A stretch of DNA of 41,342 bases from Escherichia coli (GTDB lineage Bacteria; Pseudomonadota; Gammaproteobacteria; Enterobacterales; Enterobacteriaceae), in NCBI GenBank assembly GCA_026712295.1, contig GCA_026712295.1_4694.1. One strand, 5' to 3'. Within the stretch, counting starts at the first letter, position 1; each line of letters begins with the position of its first letter. Positions 28,281 through 36,646 of this stretch are shown piece after piece. The notes under the pieces were generated by a model that had not been told where the DNA came from, made no database searches, and saw nothing but the letters and a program-made list of their open reading frames with translations. The translations under genes and the position numbers were made by a program.

Positions 28281-28838
28281 TTACTTGGCAGGTTTCTCTA
28301 AGGCAGCAATGTGCTTCTCTAGAGCCTTGATAGTGTCGGTCTTAGATACAGCCCCGTCGATGTTACTAGGTTGGAACATAACGGAAGCGCTCTTCCCTTC
28401 GCTGTCCACGAACTGTGTACCAAATTCACTATCAGACGCAGAAAGCGTTGCACCAACTAAGGAAGCCATACCACCTTCAGGTTCAGGGTCAGCACCAGTC
28501 CACTCTTTGTATACGTCGATTCGAACCATACCGAGTCGCTCAGCGCTTTGCTCATTCAGGAACACCGTCATGAACCCGCTACCCGGTTTAGACTCGACGG
28601 AGCCACCCCAAGTGGACATAAGGGTCTCGAACGTAGCATGTTGCTCAGTGGTGCCATCGCTAAGTTGAACAACGTATTCAACCTTAGAGTACCCCTCTAC
28701 CTTAACCATCTCCGAAGCTGGGATGTCGATACGCCCAACACGAATACCAATATTGTTGAGGTCATACACATCACGACTGTCTGGCGAGCGACCATTGATG
28801 GTCCATAGTGTGCGGGTTCTTGAGTTTGTAGTAGCCAT
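28281..28838 (-). CDS. Hypothetical protein, 185 aa, between Rz and the terminase large subunit (no T7 counterpart at this position)
   Basis: ATG at 28836-28838 with strong RBS AAGAAGGAGAAATAAT immediately after the Rz stop; no recognisable motifs. Confidence 0.7.
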   Translation of the reverse strand: MATTNSRTRTLWTINGRSPDSRDVYDLNNIGIRVGRIDIPASEMVKVEGYSKVEYVVQLSDGTTEQHATFETLMSTWGGSVESKPGSGFMTVFLNEQSAERLGMVRIDVYKEWTGADPEPEGGMASLVGATLSASDSEFGTQFVDSEGKSASVMFQPSNIDGAVSKTDTIKALEKHIAALEKPAK

Positions 28839-28839
28839 A

Positions 28840-29283
28840 TTATTTCTCCTTCTTAGATTGCATTTCAGTTATTGTATTTTGGAGCGCCTTAATCCACGCA
28901 TCCCCTCTTTGAGTTACTCCGATAAGACGCTTACTAAACTCTTCGTCAAGTTCGGCTCGACCATCAACGAGGCATCCACCGTTAGCTTGGAGTTCTCGTG
29001 AGGTGGCTGATAGTTTGACGCGCAAGCGCTTACCATCGTTACGCAAATCATTAATGACCCTATCAGTGCTGCCTTCCAGCGCCGCAAGGTCTTCTTGGTA
29101 TTGTCGTGAGACTTCATTGATAGCAATCTGTTTATCCTCAGTCGCCTTAACTTTCTTAACGTACTCATTGTGCACCTCCTGTTCCCATTTAGTGTTAGCT
29201 TTGTCATATCCGTGGTTATACGCAAGGGTAATACCCAAGGCAAACGCAGCGATTATGGCGTAGCTCTTTAAATTCTTGAGCAT
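28840..29283 (-). CDS. 18.5: Rz-like spanin (i-spanin) gp18.5, 147 aa
   Basis: N-terminal TM segment, KWEQEVHNEYVKKV and YQEDLAALEGSTDR blocks as in T7 gp18.5. Confidence 0.88.
   Translation of the reverse strand: MLKNLKSYAIIAAFALGITLAYNHGYDKANTKWEQEVHNEYVKKVKATEDKQIAINEVSRQYQEDLAALEGSTDRVINDLRNDGKRLRVKLSATSRELQANGGCLVDGRAELDEEFSKRLIGVTQRGDAWIKALQNTITEMQSKKEK
28914..29117 (-). CDS. 18.7: Rz1-like outer-membrane lipoprotein (o-spanin) embedded in Rz in a different frame
   Basis: Embedded ORF with signal-like segment and lipobox-like VSAC followed by a Pro-containing tail (ASNYQPP); start codon choice uncertain. Confidence 0.45.
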   Translation of the reverse strand: MKSHDNTKKTLRRWKAALIGSLMICVTMVSACASNYQPPHENSKLTVDASLMVEPNLTKSLVSVLSE

Positions 29284-29336
29284 AACTACCCTCCCGTATT
29301 TTCAGATTTCACGTAGCGTCACCGTGAGTTGTGTTG

Positions 29337-29380
29337 AAATATCATAAAGACCACTAGATGTAGTGGCCTTGAGTTATTCC
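29337..29380 (-). promoter_or_regulatory. RNase III-type processing hairpin (R18.5-like)
   Basis: GAAATATCATAAAGACCACTAGATGTAGTGGCCTTGAGTTATTCC with a perfect CCACTAGATGTAGTGG stem. Confidence 0.55.
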
Positions 29381-29381
29381 A

Positions 29382-29651
29382 TCAGTTCAGCGTGTACTTC
29401 TCATCTTCAGTGAGACCATCGGCACCTACCATGTTCTGGTACTCTTCGAGTCCATCTGCCAGTCCACCAAGGATGTTACGGTCTGGCTGTAACTTGGAGA
29501 CTTGGAACTTGTGGCGCTCTAACAGTTTCCCGATTGCGTTGTACAGTTGAGGTGTGCGCTTATCGTCATCCTGAAGGTCTTTCAGCATACGTTGAGCCAT
29601 CTCAGTATCCAGCATCTCAAGGAATTGGATTAATGATTTATCGTTAGACAT
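29382..29651 (-). CDS. 18: Terminase small subunit (DNA maturase A) gp18, 89 aa
   Basis: Same length as T7 gp18; SLIQFLEMLDT, PQLYNAIGKLLERHKFQ blocks. Confidence 0.9.
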   Translation of the reverse strand: MSNDKSLIQFLEMLDTEMAQRMLKDLQDDDKRTPQLYNAIGKLLERHKFQVSKLQPDRNILGGLADGLEEYQNMVGADGLTEDEKYTLN

Positions 29652-29850
29652 CTTTGCCCTCCTTCTTCCATTTGATAATCACATCGACTACCTTGGCACC
29701 AATTTGAGCCACTGTGTAGGCAATTGCGGCTACATAGAACCACTCGTTGAGTGACAGGCCGAAGAACAGACGGGCAGCACCATCGGCTACGCCTGTCCCT
29801 ACAATCGGTGCAGCCTTCACTACCTCGTTGTTAAAATCTAAAGACAACAT
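29644..29850 (-). CDS. 17.5: Holin gp17.5, 68 aa
   Basis: MLSLDFNNE...AAPIVGTGVAD...RLFFGLSLNEWFYVAAIAYTV nearly identical to T7 holin. Confidence 0.92.
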   Translation of the reverse strand: MLSLDFNNEVVKAAPIVGTGVADGAARLFFGLSLNEWFYVAAIAYTVAQIGAKVVDVIIKWKKEGKDV

Positions 29851-29896
29851 TGTGTCCTCCTTATTGTTGAGACCATCCGTGGTCTATATGTTGTCC

Positions 29897-32105
29897 TTAT
29901 TGGTTTTGAACTAAGATTCGCGTAGGGACTGAACGGGCGTCTTTGTCGTTACGGAAAGTTCTGCCGTTGTTGGAGATTGTGAACTTCAACCAACCACCAT
30001 CAGACGCGATGAAGTAAGCCGCATTGTCACCAATAGGAACGGCGTTCCAGCGACCATTGGTCTGAATCCAGATGGTTCTCCAACGAACATCCTGTGAGAG
30101 ACCTACCGAGACACCACCACCAGCATAGCCTTTCCAGACCTCAGCCCACCCAGCATTCTTATTGACGTATCGACCATCAGCTTGCGCTTGAGTTAACCGT
30201 CCATTGACTAGGTTGTTTACTTCGCTTTTATTGTAGGCATGTTCTCCAAGGCGTTTGTTGACCCAACCGTCGATGTAAGAATCATACTTCGTGATGTATA
30301 AGTTACCATCTGGTGGAATGTACCAGCCTGAGTTGGATGTTAATGTACCATTTGAATCAAACGTATACTCCCTGTTAGCTGCCTGACCAAAGTTAAGCCT
30401 CCACGCCCCAGCGCCGGGGTCTTTGTAAAGATAACCATCGGTGTAGTTATCGCTGGTTTTCATTTGAATATGTCGACGAGCAGAGTTAATCATCAGCAGG
30501 TTCTGTGAGCGAGTCTGTAAGATTCCAGTGAAGTCACCTGATTGTCCAACCGTAAGCCCACCAGCAGCCTCCATATGTCCATTCACTCGCATCTGGCAAA
30601 ATGTGTCGTTAAGGTTAGCCTTCTGGATATACATATAGTACCCATTACCGCTACCACCTAACTCAAATACGTTTGCACGTCCTTGGTCATTCCCCCATAC
30701 GAAGAACCTCATATTTCTATCAGCGAAGTTCTGGTTCACAAGCTGCAACGAGTTCCTTGTTAACACGCTAAACGATTGACCTGCGCCAGCCCTTACTTCC
30801 TTTTCACCAGTAATCTGTCCGGGTGCTACAACATCATTCTTAAAAACAACGTTCTCACCATTAACCGCTTTAATGGTTCCCGCTAAGTTATTCATATTCC
30901 CTAACTTGTCAGCCTCGGTCTTTGCACGGTCAGCTTCACTCTTGGAGCGGTTTGCCTCAGTGTTGGCTCTGTCAGCATGTCCATCAGCGGTAGCAACGTG
31001 TGCAGCGGCTTTGGCAACCTCAGCAGCAGCCTTAGTCACTTCTCCGGCAGCACGATTGGCCTCATCACGGGCACGATTGGCCTCAGAGTTAGAACGGTCA
31101 GCTTGCTTCTTGGCCTCAATTCTTAAAAACAACGTTCTCACCATTAACCGCTTTAATGGTTCCCGCTAAGTTATTCATATTCCCTAACTTGTCAGCCTCG
31201 GTCTTTGCACGGTCAGCTTCACTCTTGGAGCGGTTTGCCTCAGTGTTGGCTCTGTCAGCATGTCCATCAGCGGTAGCAACGTGTGCAGCGGCTTTGGCAA
31301 CCTCAGCAGCAGCCTTAGTCACTTCTCCGGCAGCACGATTGGCCTCATCACGGGCACGATTGGCCTCAGAGTTAGAACGGTCAGCTTGCTTCTTGGCCTC
31401 AGCTACACTTGCGGTCATACTATCAGCATAACCTTTAGCTCGGTTAGCCTCAGAGTTGGAACGGTCAGCTTGCTTCTTGGACTCAACCGCCTGTGCCGTA
31501 GAGACACCTGCCTGTTGGGTTGAGCGGTCAGCTTCACGTTTTGCACGGTCAGCTTCATCTCGCGATCGGTTAGCCTCAGTGTTAGAGCGGTTAGCGTGTT
31601 CATTGGCCTTGTTAACAGCGTTCCAAGCAGACGACTCGCGCTCTTTTACTTGCTTCAGAGGGACAGCATCGTAGTCACTGGTAGCGAACGCTAGGTTCAC
31701 AATCTTACGACCACGGGCATCCAAGTGACCATCATTGTTGACACCAATGGTATCCGCAGTTAGGTCTCGTGCCTCTTCAGCTACGTGCAGCGTCTGAATC
31801 TGTGAGATGTTAAGGTCATACGCACGAAGGATTGAGCCATCAGCAAAGTCAACCAGACGGTCGGTTGCAGAAGTGAATCGACGAATCTCAATCATCTGAT
31901 AACCATCGGCAGCAGTCCACGCACGGGAGGTTGTGATTTGGGTCTTAGTGGTAAAGCGATAGTCCTGATTGAGAACCAACTCTTTACGGTCTTTCCCGAT
32001 GAGTGTCACTTGGACGAACTTACGTGCTAAATACTCAAAGGTAATCGTGAAGTTCACGGCACCGTTCAGCGGGTAAGTACGTACAGTGGAAATTTTGTTA
32101 GCCAT
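29897..32105 (-). CDS. 17: Tail fibre protein gp17, reading frame interrupted by a 283-bp tandem duplication (track ORFs 31116..32105 and 29897..31144)
   Basis: N-terminus MANKISTVRTYPLNGAVNFTITFEYLARKFV and DRLVDFADGSILRAYDLNISQIQTLHVAEEARDLTADTIGVNNDGHLDARGRKIVNL match T7 gp17; C-terminus YFIASDGGWL; removing one repeat copy gives a 641-aa frame. Confidence 0.88.
30836..31401. repeat. Perfect tandem duplication, 2 x 283 bp (30836..31118 and 31119..31401) inside gene 17
   Basis: Both copies identical from attcttaaaaacaacg to gcttgcttcttggcctca; unit length not a multiple of 3. Confidence 0.95.
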
Positions 32106-32153
32106 CTGTAGCCTCCTTTCGGTTAGATATAATAGGAGGGAAGCTGTGAGAGC

Positions 32154-32176
32154 CTTCCCAATAGTGAGTCGTATTG
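32154..32176 (-). promoter_or_regulatory. T7-type promoter (phi17-like)
   Basis: Minus strand CAATACGACTCACTATTGGGAAG. Confidence 0.8.
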
Positions 32177-32177
32177 T

Positions 32178-35100
32178 TTACTTCTTGTCAGCCTTAATGT
32201 GAACACCGTTGGCCTCATAGAACTTAATGAGCATCTGTTGAGAGATTGGATCGTTAGGAATCATCTCTCGGTGAGCATTCATTAAGCCAGTCATCATCTC
32301 ACGCTCGGTCGGTTTGTTAGGAGCCGTAAGGACACCATAAGCATTTCGACCAGTAGCTAGAGCAGCACCAGCGAAGCCAAGAGCAGGAACCTGTTCACCA
32401 ATAGCGCCCATAATGGAATCACCCATGTCACGAGAAGTCACCGCCTTGTTGCGCTCACGCTTGTCATCACCTTTCGGTAGAATCGTAGAGCGAACCATAA
32501 GACCTTGGTCGTAACCAGCAGCACCCATAGCGAAGTTAGCGATACTCAGAGGCGACCCTAAGTGTGAACTTCGGGAGGCCGCAGCGTAGGCAATCATCTT
32601 CGGGTCGAGAGCTTTCTTCAAGTAATCCTTCTGTTGCTCTTTAGGAAGACCAGCAGCCTTCAAGTGGGCCTGTGCCACATAGTAGGAGCCAGCGATACCA
32701 CCAGAGATTGCATAGGTCAGCGCCATGTCCATAGCACGCTGGTTCTTAAAGGCTTCGTGACCGGAGCGGATAAACTTAGAGTTCATCGACTTGATGACAA
32801 ACGACTTAAACTGAAGGACTAACTTAGCGGTGGCACCAAACGCATGGGAATCCTGTAAGGAAACCTTATGAGGTCGAAGCATCGTTTCATCAGCAACCTT
32901 GTCAGCCAAACGCCACAAGTCCATAGCACGAGGGTCATTAGCCAGAGCCTTCTTATCCTTGAAGGTAAACTTACCATCTTCCCCACGGGTAACGTTCTCA
33001 CGGATGAGAGCCTGAATGCCTTCCCACTGTTCCTTAGAGATACTCGCAGACTTCAACATGTCACCTTTAATCCACTTGTTGGCACCCTTTCCAGTGATAG
33101 CATGAGTTACCACATCACCCATCACACCCTGTCGGGCCATGTCCAGAAGGTAGTTTGACGTACCATTGAGGAACTTGGTGAGAGGTGAGCGAGCCGCCAG
33201 TTCTTGAGTTGTGTGCTTGATAGAACCAACAACCTTTGCGGCAACATCAGGTGTATCAGTGGACTCACGGAGTCGCTGAATGATGTCTTGACGAGTAGGT
33301 CGGACTAAGTCATCAAACTCTTTACCGAACACCATAGAGTGGAGTTCTTTGAGTTCACTACCAGAGACTGGCTTGTTGCGGAACGCTAAGTCACGCAGTA
33401 CCGGAATGCCATGAAGCATCGCACGGATATTACCCTTCTGCAACATACCGGAGATTTCGGTTAGGTTCTGCAAGCCCATATATGCGTTCTTCGTGAAGAA
33501 GGACATATCGGACAGAGCACGGACCATAGTGTCACCTACAGTATCCTGATTGCGTCGAGCACGACCAGTGACAATCTTAACGACATCCTTAAGTGCTTCC
33601 ACTTCACCTTTCATTGTACCTTTACCTTCAGACTTCTTATCAAGAGCCATAATAGCGTCCTTGAGTTCAGCAGTAGTCTTACCTGTGCCTCCCATGATAG
33701 CAATATCACCATCAACACGGCGGTCATATGCTGGCATCACATGCTTCATATCGAAGTCACGGAGGTCATTCACAGAGAACTGTTGCCCGTTCGGTAGAGT
33801 GATTGGCACGTCAGAATCAAACAGGTTACGGGCTTCAAGGAATGAGTTGTTCTCAATCCCAACGAGACCCTCAATGTTATCGTCAATGACACTTGAAGAG
33901 TTGAACTCATCGGTCTTCGTAATACCGTAAGCCTTGTCCATAGCGTACTTCTCGACCATATCCATAGTCACCTCTTGTACTGATTGAGGTGCATTACCCG
34001 ATGTGGCTTCACCAACGATAGTGTCTTCACCGCCACCAGTAGTCTTCTGCCCTTTGGCAGCAGAGGCGGCTTCCTCAGCTTCGGCGGTTGCTTTGGTGAT
34101 TCTGTCTTGGACCTTAGCAGCCTGTCCTTTCATGTAGTCGAGACGCTCTGTGTTAATACGGATGTGAGACTTCTGGGTCTCAATCATCTGCTTCCGGCTC
34201 TCAATCTTAACAGGAATGGTTTTGCTATTAGGTTTAGCAGCTAGTTTTTCTTCCAACTCCTTCAGTTTAGCCTCATGCGAAGCCAGTCTGTCCTTGGAGT
34301 TCTGGAGTTTCCTTTCACGGTCCGCAACTCGCTTCTCAGCGTTGGTCATGACGTCTTTTAGTTCCAATACCTTATCACTTGCCTGTGTAGCTGTATCGTC
34401 CAGTTTCATCTGGTAACTTGCTGTGTTGACAGAAGAGGGCTTATTGGGTGTAGTACCCGCAGTCTTACCCGCTGGTTTGGATACCCGTAACTGCTCTGCC
34501 AGCATCTCATCAATACGGGCCTTAACTTCAGGGCGTGCATGATATGATGCCATCAGGCTTGCAGCAACTGCTTCCTGTAAACCATCAGTGCCCCCAAGAG
34601 CCTGTGAGTACAACTGCTTGGCTTCCCGTGAGTACACATGAGGAACGTAAGTCCCTTTGTGACGACTGTTAGGGAAGATAGAGGTGGCCTTGTTACCGAA
34701 CATCGACGGGTTCTCCATCATCTCACGCTTGAGGTCATAGTGTTCCTTCACGATGTCCATCACCTTACGTTCTGCCTTGGTCAAGTTGGCCTGAAGTTCA
34801 GGTCTCTCGATAGCCTCACTAGTACGACGATAGATTTGTTGACGGGCACCTTGAGCACCACTCTTGAACATACCAACAGACCACTCAGGGTCAGCCATCG
34901 CTTCCTTCATTGCACCATATAGGTTATTGTAGGTTCGATGATTGAGACTGCGCAGTCGCTCTATGATGTCCGATGTAGTGGAACCAAACTTACCATGTGA
35001 GCCTGACTCCATACCTGTAGGTGAACGCACTAAGTCCTTAGCGAGACCACGGATTTCAGCATGTTCAGAACGTAAAGTCCTCAAGCCGATTTCACTCAAT

Positions 35101-36623
35101 CCACGCATAGGCAAGCCCCACGCAGCACGTTCAGGGTCTACTTCTTCGAACTCTTTGGCTGTCATCGGGTTAGCCAAGTTTGTGTCACTGATAATGGAAC
35201 CATCACGCAACACTACAGCACCCGGTTCAGTTTCCAGTGGTGCATACTCAACGCCGTTGTGCTGTGAGAACACTCGGTCTTCACTAGGAGGCATACGGCT
35301 TGCGTCATAACCACCAGTGTTACGTGCAGTCTCACGAGTCTCAAAGCGCATCTGTGCAGCAGCAAAGGGGTTCTCAATCTGTTCAGCACCAGACTTACGG
35401 AGACCCGCAGCAACGCCATCTGCCACAGAAGTCAGTCCACCAGCCAGTAACATCCCAGCAAGGGCAGCTTCAGCATAATGTGCATCACCACCAGCAACCG
35501 ATGTACGCAGACCTTCAGAGGCAACGTTAAGTGCACCAGCTTGAGCACCTACAATCAACGCCTTGTTAACCAGCTTGAACCCTTTAGCCGCAGTCCCAGC
35601 GATAGGAACGTAGGTCAACGGGTCAACACCAGCACCAATAAGACCAGCAGACAGCTTGGCACCTAGACCCGCATCAGCAGCCTTAGAGTCCAACTCGAAG
35701 TTCTCATTAGCCATCTTGATTAGCTCGTCAAGGTTCTCAGCGGAACCACCAAGCACAACGTTCATGTACGCAGGGTTCTTCACTTCTTTGCGAATCTTAT
35801 CGAGTTCTTCAGGCGACCAAATGTGGCTGTTAAACCGTGTCGGTTGAAGTACATCAGTGAGCACATCAAAACCATTGTCACGCTTACCAGCACGGAAGGC
35901 AACACCCAAGGTTGAGTTTGAGAGTTCTGCTTCAGCAGCACTACCGAATCCGAAGAAGGTTGAACGCTCGTTTGCTTCGTCAAGAGTTGTACCTTTGGCT
36001 TCCCAATAATCTTTTCCGAACGGCTGATTGGGAGCGGCCTGTTCTTTACCTTGAAAGGACATTTCGTGAGACTCAGGGAGTTCAGTTGTTACCTTTCCTT
36101 TCTTCCCGATACCACTCATCGCAGCATCAAACGGAATCCCTTTACCCTTTGGGGTGATACCACCGAATGACTCGATGTCCCCACTCTTAGGTGACTTAGC
36201 GACATCCAGAAGTGAACGCAGATAGTTACGACCTTCATCACCGATGCCAGCAAAGTTACCAGAATCGTAGGCTTCCAGTTGTGGCTTACCGTTGCTCCCT
36301 TCACCTTGGTTGTACGCTAGGGCAGCTTTAAGTTCATCCCCATTGTATTTCTTAACGAGGTCTGCAAGGTAACGAGCACCAGCATCAATGGACTTAGCCG
36401 GGTCAGCGAAGTCCTCATCGTTCTGGAGACCATAAGCCTGACCAGTTGCCTTAGTGAACTGCATGACACCTCGTGGCCCTGTTGGTGATTGAGCCGTAGG
36501 TTTAAAGCGGGACTCTACCCAACCGACCTTCCGAAGAAGGCCATAGGAGACTCCATGTGTGTCAGCAGCTTGTTGAAATAACGCATCATATTCATGCGAT
36601 TCGTTCGGGTTATACTTATCCAC
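32178..36623 (-). CDS. 16: Internal virion protein D gp16 with N-terminal lytic transglycosylase domain, 1481 aa
   Basis: GTG start with AGGAGG RBS; N-terminal SLT motif (GLLRKVGWVESRF...GPRGVMQFT), long identity blocks with T7 gp16; ~160 aa longer than T7 gp16. Confidence 0.9.
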   Translation of the reverse strand: MDKYNPNESHEYDALFQQAADTHGVSYGLLRKVGWVESRFKPTAQSPTGPRGVMQFTKATGQAYGLQNDEDFADPAKSIDAGARYLADLVKKYNGDELKAALAYNQGEGSNGKPQLEAYDSGNFAGIGDEGRNYLRSLLDVAKSPKSGDIESFGGITPKGKGIPFDAAMSGIGKKGKVTTELPESHEMSFQGKEQAAPNQPFGKDYWEAKGTTLDEANERSTFFGFGSAAEAELSNSTLGVAFRAGKRDNGFDVLTDVLQPTRFNSHIWSPEELDKIRKEVKNPAYMNVVLGGSAENLDELIKMANENFELDSKAADAGLGAKLSAGLIGAGVDPLTYVPIAGTAAKGFKLVNKALIVGAQAGALNVASEGLRTSVAGGDAHYAEAALAGMLLAGGLTSVADGVAAGLRKSGAEQIENPFAAAQMRFETRETARNTGGYDASRMPPSEDRVFSQHNGVEYAPLETEPGAVVLRDGSIISDTNLANPMTAKEFEEVDPERAAWGLPMRGLSEIGLRTLRSEHAEIRGLAKDLVRSPTGMESGSHGKFGSTTSDIIERLRSLNHRTYNNLYGAMKEAMADPEWSVGMFKSGAQGARQQIYRRTSEAIERPELQANLTKAERKVMDIVKEHYDLKREMMENPSMFGNKATSIFPNSRHKGTYVPHVYSREAKQLYSQALGGTDGLQEAVAASLMASYHARPEVKARIDEMLAEQLRVSKPAGKTAGTTPNKPSSVNTASYQMKLDDTATQASDKVLELKDVMTNAEKRVADRERKLQNSKDRLASHEAKLKELEEKLAAKPNSKTIPVKIESRKQMIETQKSHIRINTERLDYMKGQAAKVQDRITKATAEAEEAASAAKGQKTTGGGEDTIVGEATSGNAPQSVQEVTMDMVEKYAMDKAYGITKTDEFNSSSVIDDNIEGLVGIENNSFLEARNLFDSDVPITLPNGQQFSVNDLRDFDMKHVMPAYDRRVDGDIAIMGGTGKTTAELKDAIMALDKKSEGKGTMKGEVEALKDVVKIVTGRARRNQDTVGDTMVRALSDMSFFTKNAYMGLQNLTEISGMLQKGNIRAMLHGIPVLRDLAFRNKPVSGSELKELHSMVFGKEFDDLVRPTRQDIIQRLRESTDTPDVAAKVVGSIKHTTQELAARSPLTKFLNGTSNYLLDMARQGVMGDVVTHAITGKGANKWIKGDMLKSASISKEQWEGIQALIRENVTRGEDGKFTFKDKKALANDPRAMDLWRLADKVADETMLRPHKVSLQDSHAFGATAKLVLQFKSFVIKSMNSKFIRSGHEAFKNQRAMDMALTYAISGGIAGSYYVAQAHLKAAGLPKEQQKDYLKKALDPKMIAYAAASRSSHLGSPLSIANFAMGAAGYDQGLMVRSTILPKGDDKRERNKAVTSRDMGDSIMGAIGEQVPALGFAGAALATGRNAYGVLTAPNKPTEREMMTGLMNAHREMIPNDPISQQMLIKFYEANGVHIKADKK

Positions 36624-36646
36624 TTGGAACCTCCTATCGTGGTCTG

